DNA from: Gemmatimonadales bacterium
GTDB lineage: Bacteria > Gemmatimonadota > Gemmatimonadetes > Gemmatimonadales > GWC2-71-9
Assembly: GCA_037189525.1 (NCBI GenBank)
Contig: JBBCJC010000002.1
Coordinates: 64,001-128,000 of the forward strand
DNA length: 64,000 nt
Direction of reading: 5' to 3'
The position numbers and the translations under genes were made by a program. Below are positions 29,610 through 38,851 of the stretch, in pieces; within the stretch, counting starts at the first letter, position 1, and each line of letters begins with the position of its first letter. Below the pieces are notes generated by a model. It had not been told where the DNA came from. It was given only the letters and a program-made list of their open reading frames with translations, and searched no databases.

Positions 29610-29738
29610 GCCTGCGCTCCGAGTCAGGGCTACCCACAAGATACACTCGCCCGGCATCGGTTCGGCCTGGCGCTGCGAGACCGGCCGGACTTCGTTAGGA
29701 TTCACCCTCTCCGACCTCCCAACACCGATGCGACTCAC

Positions 29739-30851
29739 GTGATTCAAGGCATTCTCGATCTCGCCGGCCGCAATGGCGGCTTTCTCCGTCGCAAGGAGGA
29801 CGGCTACCAGCCGACCAACCGCGACGTTTCCGTTTCCCATCAGATGATCCGCCGATTCGACCTTCGCCCGGGCGACGAGATCGCGGGCGAAGCGAGCAGC
29901 GGCGGGCGCCCGACACTGACCTCGGTCAGCACGGTCAATGGCCGGCCGGCCGAGGAAGCGGCGCAGCGTCCGCAATGGGATCGACTCACGGCCGTTCATC
30001 CCAATCAACTGTTGCGACTCGAGTGTCCGCTCCTGCGGCGCGGGCAACCCGACATGACCACCCGGGTCATCGACCTGCTGTCGCCGCTGGGGCTCGGCCA
30101 GCGCGCCCTGATCGTGGCGCCGGCCAAAGCCGGCAAGACGATGGTCCTGCAGGCCATCGCCCAGGGCGTCTCCGTCAATCATCCCTCCGCGACGCTGTTC
30201 ATCCTCCTGGTGGACGAACGCCCCGAAGAGGTGTTCGAGATGGAGAGCACGGGTTACGGCGAAGTCATCGCCTCGACCTTCGACCATCCGCCGGCCCGGC
30301 ATGTCGCCTGCGCCGAATTGATTCTGGAGCGGGCCCGCCGCCGGGTGGAGTTCGGCGAGGACGTGGTGCTGATCGTCGACTCCCTGACCCGCTTGGCGCG
30401 CGCCTACAACTCGGTCGTCAAAGGCAGCGGCCGCACCCTTTCAGGCGGCATGGGCGCCGAGTCGCTCGAGCGGCCGAAGCGCTTCCTGGGCAGCGCGCGT
30501 AACGTCGATCCGCGTCGTGGCGGCGGATCACTGACCATCATTGCGACGGCGTTGATCGATACGGGCAGCCGGATGGACCAGCTGATTTTCGAGGAGTTCA
30601 AGGGCACCGGCAACAGCGAACTGGTCCTGAACCGCGACCTGGCCGACCGTCGCGTCTATCCAGCCATCGATGTCATCGCGAGCGGGACCCGGCGGGAAGA
30701 ACTGCTGCTGAGCGAAGACGGCCTGGCCGCCTCCAAAGCGTTGCGGCGGCAACTGGACGGGATGAGTCCGATTGCCGCCGCTGAAACGACGTTAAGCCTG
30801 ATGCGTCGCTATCCCGATAACGCGTCGCTCATCGCGAGTTTGGTGCGCTGA
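29739..30851 (+). CDS. rho: Transcription termination factor Rho, short form
   Basis: GFLR, Walker A APAKAGKT, DERPEEV, DSLTRLARAYN, SGRTLSGG, EEFKGTGNSE, SGTRREE. Probable GTG start at 29739. Confidence 0.9.
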   Translation: MIQGILDLAGRNGGFLRRKEDGYQPTNRDVSVSHQMIRRFDLRPGDEIAGEASSGGRPTLTSVSTVNGRPAEEAAQRPQWDRLTAVHPNQLLRLECPLLRRGQPDMTTRVIDLLSPLGLGQRALIVAPAKAGKTMVLQAIAQGVSVNHPSATLFILLVDERPEEVFEMESTGYGEVIASTFDHPPARHVACAELILERARRRVEFGEDVVLIVDSLTRLARAYNSVVKGSGRTLSGGMGAESLERPKRFLGSARNVDPRRGGGSLTIIATALIDTGSRMDQLIFEEFKGTGNSELVLNRDLADRRVYPAIDVIASGTRREELLLSEDGLAASKALRRQLDGMSPIAAAETTLSLMRRYPDNASLIASLVR

Positions 30852-33099
30852 CCACCCCGCCCGCCGCCGGCTCCTCGAGCGTTTCGAGGAGCTGGCGCCA
30901 GGTGAACCAGTCCTTGCCGCGAATCCACTTCTCGAACCACTGAAACTCCGACACCGCCTTGACCAGCTGATTGCGCGGCGCGGTAATGCCGTGGGTGTCG
31001 CCCGGGTAGACGAAATACTCGACCGGCACGCCCAGCTGGCGGAGCGCCATGTGCAGCTCGTCCGACTGGGCCCGCGGTACCCGCGGATCGCCGTCGACGA
31101 CGTGAATCATCGTCGGCGTCTTGGCATTCTTGATGTACCGGAGCGGTGAGACGACCCAATACGCGTCGAAGTTGTCATAGGGCAGATCGCCACCCATGTA
31201 CCACTGGCGGTTACGCTGGACATCGCTCTGAGCATACATCGAGATCCAGTTCATGGTACCGGCGCCGCTGGAGATGGCCTTGAACCGGTTGGTCTGCGTC
31301 ATGATCCAGTTGGAGTAGTGCCCGCCGGCGCTCCACCCCATCGCGCCCAGGCTGTCCGGATGCGCCACGCCCTGGGCAATCAGATAGTCGACCCCGGCCA
31401 TAATGTCTTCATAGCCCCGACGGAAATAGCGACCGACGCCGGCCGTTTCCATACGATGCCGTTCGCCGTAATTGGTCGAGCCCCGGTAGTTGGGCAGCAG
31501 CACGGCATACCCGGCGCCGGCATAGACCTGCGAGCCGTACCCCGTGTTGAACCGGAGCAGGTCGGCTCCCGCCGGACCGCCGTGAATCTGCACCACGAGC
31601 GGGTAGCGGCGCCCTTCCTGGTAGCCCACCGGCTTGACGAGAACGCCACCGACCATCTTCCCGTCGCGTGACTTCCAGGTAATCTCTTCGGAGCTGCCGA
31701 GCGCCAGCGCTTCGAGATGGGGGTTCACGTCGGTGAGACGAACCCAGGCGTTGCGATTCCCCAGGTCCGCAATGGTCCGCGCCAGGTAAATGGAGGGTGC
31801 GGTCACCGGATCGGAGTAGTTGACGAGGAGCAGGCCGGAGGCGTCGTCGCGGGTGGCCATCGCCGTCGCCTGCCCCGTGGTGACCTGGGAGACGCGGCCC
31901 GACTCCACATCGACGGCAAAGGTGTGCATCGTGGCCTTGGCGCCGGTCGTGAAGTAGATCGACCGCCCGTCCGGTGCCCACCACCCCGCCGACACCGGGC
32001 CGTCGAACTCGGCGCCCAGCTTGCGCAGCGAGCCGCCGCGATCGGCGGTTCCGCGGAGGTACAGCTTGGCATCGCGGGAATAGACGAAGTCGTTAGGCGC
32101 CGAGAAGGCCATCCACCGGCTGTCCGGCGAGAAGAGAATGTTCGACTCGCCCGCCTCGGCGTTCTCGGTGATTCGTTCGACCCCGCCGCTGGCGACCTCA
32201 ATCAGGTACAGGTCGTCGTACGTTCCGGTTTCAGTAACGGTCCGGCGATAGCGATCATCCGGCGACCCGCGAACGCCGGCCCACTTGCCGTCGGGCGAAA
32301 CCGAGACGCTGGCTACGCTGAAGCTGCGCCCGCCCGTCAGCCGCCGTTCCTGGCCGCCTGCGAGATCGAAGACCCAGAGATGGCGAATGGCCGGGTTTTC
32401 GTTGCGGATCCGAACATCGAAGCGCTTTTCCATCCGCGCCTTGTTGTCCGCATCGACGGTGTCCGGCGCGACGAAGAAGATCTGGCGGCTGTCGTCGGCC
32501 ACCTGCCACCACCCGATCGGGGTACTGTGCTTGGTCAGCTGAACCGGCTTGACCTCGCCGGCGGAGCCTACCGCGGCGACATCGAGCGACCAGAGCTGCC
32601 GTTCATCGGCCTTACCCGCCGCATAGACCAGCCGCTTGCCGTCCTTGGTGAAGGCAAACTGGCTGACACCGTCCTTGGCATCGGTAATCCGGCGCGCTTC
32701 ACCGCCGTCGGCCCGCATCACATAGAGCTGCGCGGGAGCGGCGGCGCCGACCCCGTCACGATTGGAACTGAACACGAAGAACGAGCCATCCCGCGCCCAC
32801 TGCGGATCGGTCTCGTTCTTGTCGCGCGTAAAGGTCAGCTGCCGGGCCGACGACGCTCCCGTCGCCGTCGACACGACCCAGATGTCGGTGAACCGCCGGG
32901 CCTCTTTCCAATCCGGCGTCGACAGGGTGTAGAGCATCCAGCGCCCATCGGGAGACAGGGCGGCATCGCCGACCTGATTCATCCGCTGGACGTCCATGAA
33001 CGTCATCGGCCGCTTGGCCTGACCCGACAGGGCGCCGGCGGTCAGAACCGCGCCGACTACTCCGAGCGCCCATGAGGCGCGAGACCCGAACTCAGACAC
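30829..33099 (-). CDS. S9 family peptidase (secreted)
   Basis: Signal peptide, propeller repeats, HGGP, GWSAGG, DPRVP, THG. Confidence 0.92.
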   Translation of the reverse strand: MSEFGSRASWALGVVGAVLTAGALSGQAKRPMTFMDVQRMNQVGDAALSPDGRWMLYTLSTPDWKEARRFTDIWVVSTATGASSARQLTFTRDKNETDPQWARDGSFFVFSSNRDGVGAAAPAQLYVMRADGGEARRITDAKDGVSQFAFTKDGKRLVYAAGKADERQLWSLDVAAVGSAGEVKPVQLTKHSTPIGWWQVADDSRQIFFVAPDTVDADNKARMEKRFDVRIRNENPAIRHLWVFDLAGGQERRLTGGRSFSVASVSVSPDGKWAGVRGSPDDRYRRTVTETGTYDDLYLIEVASGGVERITENAEAGESNILFSPDSRWMAFSAPNDFVYSRDAKLYLRGTADRGGSLRKLGAEFDGPVSAGWWAPDGRSIYFTTGAKATMHTFAVDVESGRVSQVTTGQATAMATRDDASGLLLVNYSDPVTAPSIYLARTIADLGNRNAWVRLTDVNPHLEALALGSSEEITWKSRDGKMVGGVLVKPVGYQEGRRYPLVVQIHGGPAGADLLRFNTGYGSQVYAGAGYAVLLPNYRGSTNYGERHRMETAGVGRYFRRGYEDIMAGVDYLIAQGVAHPDSLGAMGWSAGGHYSNWIMTQTNRFKAISSGAGTMNWISMYAQSDVQRNRQWYMGGDLPYDNFDAYWVVSPLRYIKNAKTPTMIHVVDGDPRVPRAQSDELHMALRQLGVPVEYFVYPGDTHGITAPRNQLVKAVSEFQWFEKWIRGKDWFTWRQLLETLEEPAAGGVVSAPNSR

Positions 33100-33164
33100 G
33101 ACATCGACTCCAGACTATAGAGGGAGAAAGCTGAAACGACCGGCAGGGCCGGGTCACACGACAA

Positions 33165-34082
33165 TCAGCGCACGGCACCGAATCGCCTGGTACGCATGTT
33201 GAAGTACAGCAATCGAAACGGCTCGAATGCCTGGTTCCCGACGACGCCGACGACCTCCGGCGCAATCACACCCGCTGGACCGCGTACCACATGGTACACC
33301 ATTATCGGGCCTAACGAAACGGCACCGAACCGGACCGGGGCCGACGCCTGGGCGCCCACCAGCACCAGGCTGTCTCCGGTCGCCGGAAACGCGAGGCGAC
33401 GATTGGTCGGTTCGTTCCCGGTGCGCCCGGTCAGCTGCCGCCAGACCTCCGGCGTGACGATGAGCGGCGCCAGACTGGACCCCGGATCGTACCAGAGCAT
33501 ACCCAGGCGATCGCCCTGCCAGACCAGAGGCAGGGCAATGCGACCCTGCTGATCTTCGATGGCGCCCCATTCCATCCGGTCCGTCAGAGCGGCCGGCAGG
33601 GTCTGACCGGTCCTGGGTGCCCCAATCCGCTGGCCCACCTGGTCGATCACCAGCCCGCGACTGCCGAAGTACAACAGGCCGACCGTGCCGAGCTGGTAGG
33701 TTCCGTCCGCCCCGGTCGAGTCGTCCCGATTGCCCAGCCGCCCCACCCGGGCGCGAAAGATCCGATCGGCGGCGGAGGGGTCGGTCGGCAGCGGCTCCAT
33801 GGTGCGCAGCGGAATCCCGAACCGGCCCGTGGCCGAGAAGCCGGCATCGAGTTCCATCTGGACCGGGCCCAGGCTGTCGGCTGGGCCGGTGCGATTGACG
33901 AGGAGCGCCCGGTCGCTGGTTTCCACCAGCACGGCGGCGCGGGTCGCCACCTGCCGGCCGATGGTCAGTTCGGCCCACCGGAAGCGATGCCACTCCATGT
34001 CGATCGTCGGGGGCACCGTCACCGCCTGCCGCCCTCCGCAGGCAGCCGACAGCACGATGACGAGCCCCAGGATCAGGCGCAT
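33165..34082 (-). CDS. Hypothetical lipoprotein, possibly degenerate aspartyl-protease-like fold
   Basis: Lipobox SAAC; LDAG and YDPGSS resemble twin DTG motifs; GVVGN near the C-terminus. Confidence 0.6.
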   Translation of the reverse strand: MRLILGLVIVLSAACGGRQAVTVPPTIDMEWHRFRWAELTIGRQVATRAAVLVETSDRALLVNRTGPADSLGPVQMELDAGFSATGRFGIPLRTMEPLPTDPSAADRIFRARVGRLGNRDDSTGADGTYQLGTVGLLYFGSRGLVIDQVGQRIGAPRTGQTLPAALTDRMEWGAIEDQQGRIALPLVWQGDRLGMLWYDPGSSLAPLIVTPEVWRQLTGRTGNEPTNRRLAFPATGDSLVLVGAQASAPVRFGAVSLGPIMVYHVVRGPAGVIAPEVVGVVGNQAFEPFRLLYFNMRTRRFGAVR

Positions 34083-34098
34083 GCCGCTTCCTCCGTCG

Positions 34099-35526
34099 CT
34101 AGATGACGCGCTGCTTCCACCCTCCTCGTTTGAATATCATGGCACTGGCCAGGGCCAATGTCGAGAAGGCCACCGGAATGGCGATGAAGACGCCGGTCGG
34201 GCCCAAACCCGCCACCTTGGCCAGGGTGAACGCCAGAGGAATTTCCCAGAGCCAGAAGCACAGGAAGTTGAGCAGTGTCGGGGTCCGGGTGTCACCAGCG
34301 CCGTTGAAGGCGTTGGACACCACCATGCCGTAGGCATAGAACGGGAACCCGACGCTCACGATCCTGAGTCCGAGCACGGCGTACCGCGACACCTCGGGAT
34401 CGCTGGTAAAGATCGCGACGATCGACGGCGCGGCAAAGACGAAGAGCGCGCCGACCGTGCCCAGGAACCACAGGTTGAGTCGCCCTGCGCGCCAAACGGC
34501 CTCCTCGGCGCGATCGGCCTTGCCCGCACCCAGAGACTGACCCACCATGGTGGCGGCCGCGTTGCTCAAGCCCCACGACGGCAGCAGCGCAAAGAGCACC
34601 ACGCGAATCGCAATGGTGTACCCGGCAACCGCCTCCGCCCCGAACGTCGCCACGATGCGCACCAGGCCGATCCAGCTGGCCGTGCCGATCAGGATCTGAC
34701 CGATACCCGTACTCGACAACCGGAACAGCCTGGCCATCAGCGCCGGGTCGATCCGCAGGTGACGCCGCTCGATCGTGAACCGGCGATCCGCTCCTCGTAA
34801 CCGATGCAGCTGATAGAGCACCCCGATCCCGCGCCCGACCGTCGTGGCCACTGCAGCGCCCTCGACTCCCATTTCGGGAAACGGACCGATGCCGAAGATC
34901 AGCAGTGGATCGAGAATCAGATTGCACAGGTTGGCAATCCAGAGACAGCGCATCGCGACGGCCGCATCGCCGGCGCCGCGAAAAATGGCATTGATCAGGA
35001 AGAGCAGCAGGATGGCCGCGTTCCCGACGAACATGATCCGGGCAAAGCCGGTACCCTGCGCAGCGACTTCGGGGCTCGCGCCCATCAGCCGCAGCAGGTC
35101 GGTGGCAAAGATGCCGCCCACCACCGCGATCGGCACCGACACCAGCACGCCGATCAGAATCGCCTGGATGGCCGTGCGGGAGGCAGCCTCGGGGTCCTTC
35201 TCGCCGATCCGGCGCGCAACCATGGCCGTCGCGCCGATACCGAGTCCCATGCCCAGCGCGTAGATCACGCTCAGCATCGCCTCGGTCAGGCCGACGACGG
35301 CCACGGCCTCCGCACCAAGGCGGTTGACCCAGAACATGTTGACGACGGCAAAGATGGACTCGAGCGCTACTTCGAGTACCATCGGAATCGCCAGCAACAA
35401 CAACGCGGGGCGAATCGGCCCCGAGGTGAAGTCTTTTCCTTCCGCCCCCGACAGAGCTTCGCGGACGGTGTGCCACCAGCCGGGTTTCTGATTCTCCGGC
35501 ACGGGCGAAAGCGGGGTAGATGTCAT
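34099..35526 (-). CDS. MATE family efflux transporter
   Basis: LAIPM, FRGAGD, N.ILDP.LIFG....P.MGVEGAA.AT, GQSLGA, GAGDT.TP. Confidence 0.95.
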   Translation of the reverse strand: MTSTPLSPVPENQKPGWWHTVREALSGAEGKDFTSGPIRPALLLLAIPMVLEVALESIFAVVNMFWVNRLGAEAVAVVGLTEAMLSVIYALGMGLGIGATAMVARRIGEKDPEAASRTAIQAILIGVLVSVPIAVVGGIFATDLLRLMGASPEVAAQGTGFARIMFVGNAAILLLFLINAIFRGAGDAAVAMRCLWIANLCNLILDPLLIFGIGPFPEMGVEGAAVATTVGRGIGVLYQLHRLRGADRRFTIERRHLRIDPALMARLFRLSSTGIGQILIGTASWIGLVRIVATFGAEAVAGYTIAIRVVLFALLPSWGLSNAAATMVGQSLGAGKADRAEEAVWRAGRLNLWFLGTVGALFVFAAPSIVAIFTSDPEVSRYAVLGLRIVSVGFPFYAYGMVVSNAFNGAGDTRTPTLLNFLCFWLWEIPLAFTLAKVAGLGPTGVFIAIPVAFSTLALASAMIFKRGGWKQRVI

Positions 35527-35740
35527 ACCAGATCCGATCGACGGTTGATGCCGTTCGGAGGGCCCGATCAGATCAGGAGGCGCTGACTTGGACGAATGAA
35601 GGGTCGCAAGGAATGCGGTCTCGAGCGCGGATCAGTCCCTCGATTGGGATTCGAGCGCTTCGAGACCATCCCCGGCAACGGGGACAGGACTGGAAGGCGC
35701 TCAGGGTACGAGAATTGGCGTCCGCATCGATCGACTCCTT
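35527..35740 (-). promoter_or_regulatory. Structured 5' leader of the MATE gene with leader ORF
   Basis: AAGGAG (35740-35735), 7 nt, ATG 35727. uORF MRTPILVP-UGA; three hairpins; frame is continuous with the MATE ATG. Confidence 0.7.
35701..35727 (-). CDS. Leader peptide MRTPILVP (8 aa; longer if UGA is read through)
   Basis: ATG CGG ACG CCA ATT CTC GTA CCC TGA with an optimally spaced strong SD. Confidence 0.65.
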   Translation of the reverse strand: MRTPILVP

Positions 35741-35828
35741 GCTTTAAGACAGGGCCGGCATGAACCGGCCCCAGCCTTTCAACGTAACATCGGCCTCCGT
35801 CCGGCTCAAGCGACGGCTGGACTGGCCA

Positions 35829-36596
35829 TCACGCCGTAGCTCCTCCGTCGACCACCATGATGTGACCGGTCACGAAAGACGCCTGATCGCTGGCCAGGTA
35901 GAGCGCGGCCGAACCGATCTCGTGGGGCTGACCCAGATGGGAGAGCGGCTGGTCGCCCGCCAACTCCTTGGCGCGATCGGCATCCCTCCAGTAGTACTCG
36001 CTGAAATCGGTCTGGATCAGCCCGGGACAGATGGCGTTGACACGAATCCCTTTGGGACCGAGTTCGCGTGCCCAACTGCGGGTCATCATGATGAGCCCTG
36101 CCTTGGTGAAGCTGTAGAGCATCCCGCCGGGCTGCGGCTTGAGTCCCGAGATCGAGGCGATGTTGATGATCGATCCCTGCGCACCGCGCGCAATCATCCG
36201 GGGCGCGACCAGATTGACGAGGCGGAACGCCGCCAGCACGTTGACCTCGACCATCTTGACCAGCATCTCATCGGTCAGCGCCAGAATGTCGTCGTTCTGG
36301 CCGATGTTGGTGGCGCTGTTGTTGACGAGGATATCGATCGGTCCGACCTGCGCTTCGGCGCCGGCCACCACGCGTTCGAGATCGTCCTTTTTGCCGACGT
36401 GGCAGACCATCGGGACGATCCGTCCCGGCAGGTGAGCCAGCGCAGCTGCCGTGGTCTCCAGGTTGTCCCGTTTGCGCGAAGCGATCACCACCGACGCTCC
36501 CGCGGCGGCCAACGCCTCGGTAATGGCGCGACCGATCCCGCGACCGCCACCGGTAACCAGGGCAGTGCGTCCAGCCAGAGAAATCGAAACGCTCAT
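35829..36596 (-). CDS. Short-chain dehydrogenase/reductase
   Basis: [28 protein letters not shown]. Confidence 0.95.
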   Translation of the reverse strand: MSVSISLAGRTALVTGGGRGIGRAITEALAAAGASVVIASRKRDNLETTAAALAHLPGRIVPMVCHVGKKDDLERVVAGAEAQVGPIDILVNNSATNIGQNDDILALTDEMLVKMVEVNVLAAFRLVNLVAPRMIARGAQGSIINIASISGLKPQPGGMLYSFTKAGLIMMTRSWARELGPKGIRVNAICPGLIQTDFSEYYWRDADRAKELAGDQPLSHLGQPHEIGSAALYLASDQASFVTGHIMVVDGGATA

Positions 36597-37276
36597 GAAG
36601 GTGCAGGCTCCGTTATTGATCGAGAGTGACCGTCGGTGATCCGCTGCAGCTCGGTCAGCAACAAGGCGGCGACATCATCCGGAGTGACCTGGCGTTCGCC
36701 TCGATGCCCGGCAAGCGGATCGCGTGCGACGGGTTCGGCGGGAGCCAGCGCCAGCGTCGTCAGGCCGCGGTCGCCGTAGCGCGTGCCCAGCCATCGGATC
36801 AGCGCAGCAACCGCATCACCCGAAACGGCCAGACTCGCGGGCATCCCGGCGGGCGCTCGCCAGGCATCCCATGCGGCAATGCTGATCAGGCATCCCTGCC
36901 CCCGCCGGATCATATCGGGCACCACGAGACGGGCCAGGCCGAGATAGGCCAGCACGCTGCCGTTCAGTCCGTCCTGCCAGGCCTCGTCGGGCAGTTCGAG
37001 TCCGCCGGGTTCGACGGCAGGGGCATTCCAGCAGACCAGGTCGATCGGTCCAACCCGCTGCTCGACATGGGCAATCAGCGCGGTGGCGTCGCGCGGCTCC
37101 CGCAGGTCGGACCGGAAGGCCATGCCACCGATTTCCGCGACCAGCGTGTCGATCCGCTCGCCGTCGAGGTCGGTGGCAACCAGGTGCGCGCCCTCGCGGG
37201 CAAGGCGCCGGCATACGGCCCGCCCCACCAGGGAGGCAGCACCCGTCACGAGGCAGACTCGATGAGCCAGATGCAT
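36593..37276 (-). CDS. Degenerate SDR-fold protein
   Basis: [13 protein letters not shown]; lacks YxxxK. ATGA-coupled to the intact SDR. Confidence 0.75.
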   Translation of the reverse strand: MHLAHRVCLVTGAASLVGRAVCRRLAREGAHLVATDLDGERIDTLVAEIGGMAFRSDLREPRDATALIAHVEQRVGPIDLVCWNAPAVEPGGLELPDEAWQDGLNGSVLAYLGLARLVVPDMIRRGQGCLISIAAWDAWRAPAGMPASLAVSGDAVAALIRWLGTRYGDRGLTTLALAPAEPVARDPLAGHRGERQVTPDDVAALLLTELQRITDGHSRSITEPAPS

Positions 37277-37405
37277 GGGGAACGCTCAGAGTGAACAGGG
37301 ACGCCGCCGCCGTCCGCAGCAATGTCGGGTCGATCGCAACCGACGCCGGCGTTAGTTTAGGCAAGTTTCGCGGTTCCTGCCATCTCCTTCGATACGAGTC
37401 GGCCC

Positions 37406-38341
37406 GTGGCCTTTTCGACCTATACCAGCTTTTCACGCGACGACTGGGCTGCGCTCAGGTTCAACACACCGATGACCCTCGCGGAGCCCGACCTGGCCGA
37501 GTTGCGGGGTACCAACGAGCACCTGTCGATGGTCGAGGTCGAAGAGGTATACCTCCCCCTCTCACGGTTCCTCAACCTGCACGTGGCCGCATCCCGCGAC
37601 CTGGCGCGAGTCACCGATGTGTTTCTGGGGCGTACCGCCGGCAGGCCGCCCTACGTCATCGGCATCGCGGGCAGTGTTGCCGTGGGCAAGAGCACGACCG
37701 CCCGGGTGATGCGTGCGCTGCTGGCGCGGTGGCCTGACCATCCCAAAGTCGACCTCGTCACCACGGACGGGTTTCTCTACCCGAACGCGGTGCTCGAGGA
37801 ACGGGGCCTGATGCACCGCAAGGGATTTCCCGAGAGCTACGATGTCCGGCGCCTGGTGCAGTTCGTGGCCGACGTCAAAGCCAGGGTCCGCAACGTCCCG
37901 GCGCCGGTCTACTCACATCTGGTCTACGACGTGGTCGATGGCGGAGTCCAGATCGTCGATCAGCCGGACGTGCTGATCCTCGAAGGGCTCAACGTCCTGC
38001 AAGGCGGCGACGGCCGCGGAACCGATCGGGATCGGCCGTTCGTCTCCGACTTCTTCGACTTCTCGATCTACGTCGATGCCGACGAGGACGCCATCCGCCA
38101 ATGGTTTCTGGGCCGGTTCCGCCGCCTCCGGGAAACGGCGTTCCGCGACCCTAAGTCGTTCTTTCGACGCTATGCGGAGATGGCGGAGCCGGACGCGATT
38201 GCCTACGCCAACCGGGTCTGGGACGAGATCAACGGGCAAAACCTCCGGGACAACATCGAACCCACCAAGGAGCGCGCGCACCTGATCCTGGAGAAAGGGC
38301 CGTCCCACGAAGTGCGCGGGGTCAAGCTGCGCCAGCTGTAG
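37406..38341 (+). CDS. coaA: Type I pantothenate kinase
   Basis: [48 protein letters not shown]. Confidence 0.97.
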   Translation: MAFSTYTSFSRDDWAALRFNTPMTLAEPDLAELRGTNEHLSMVEVEEVYLPLSRFLNLHVAASRDLARVTDVFLGRTAGRPPYVIGIAGSVAVGKSTTARVMRALLARWPDHPKVDLVTTDGFLYPNAVLEERGLMHRKGFPESYDVRRLVQFVADVKARVRNVPAPVYSHLVYDVVDGGVQIVDQPDVLILEGLNVLQGGDGRGTDRDRPFVSDFFDFSIYVDADEDAIRQWFLGRFRRLRETAFRDPKSFFRRYAEMAEPDAIAYANRVWDEINGQNLRDNIEPTKERAHLILEKGPSHEVRGVKLRQL

Positions 38342-38425
38342 TCCGGCGTCCCCTATGGCCGAAACCGGGGTGGGCAGCGTATCGTACGAGAAGAAATTCG
38401 AGACCCAATCCCCGGAAGGTAGCCC

Positions 38426-38839
38426 ATGCGAAGCATTCTCTTCACAGCCGCCGTCATCGCGGCAAGCAGTATCGCGGTCCCGTCCCTCGGCGCGCAGTCG
38501 GCCACCGCGGCGACCACGGCCAGCAACCCGAAACTGGTCGGCACCTGGACCGGGAACTACACCACCGACGGACCTTCGGGCCCGATGTCGCTCACCATCA
38601 GCAAGCCGGCCGACTGGGCCGTCAAGGTCGAGCTGAGCGGTGACGTTCCCACCCCGGGCGAACCGTCGGACGTCTCGGTCGACGGCGACAAGCTGACCTG
38701 GCGGCAGACCTACGGTGAGTACGATGTCACCTTCGTGGCCACGATCAGCCAGGACGGCACCCAGCTGCTCGGCACGCTGGAAGCCAAGCAGGGCGGGGCA
38801 TACGCAGCTGGCGGAAACTTTGCCCTGACGCGAAAGTAG
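38426..38839 (+). CDS. Secreted hypothetical beta-rich protein
   Basis: Signal peptide ending LGA-Q; GTWTG; GC-biased codons. Confidence 0.75.
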   Translation: MRSILFTAAVIAASSIAVPSLGAQSATAATTASNPKLVGTWTGNYTTDGPSGPMSLTISKPADWAVKVELSGDVPTPGEPSDVSVDGDKLTWRQTYGEYDVTFVATISQDGTQLLGTLEAKQGGAYAAGGNFALTRK

Positions 38840-38851
38840 ACGACCAATCGG

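Noticed and set aside
29304..29738. Long N-terminal extension of Rho in the ORF track
   Set aside because: Overlaps the divergent LEA-2 lipoprotein gene and shows no Rho similarity.
35520..35747. Plus-strand 75-aa ORF over the MATE leader
   Set aside because: No SD or motif; the minus-strand leader has a strong SD and the correct orientation.
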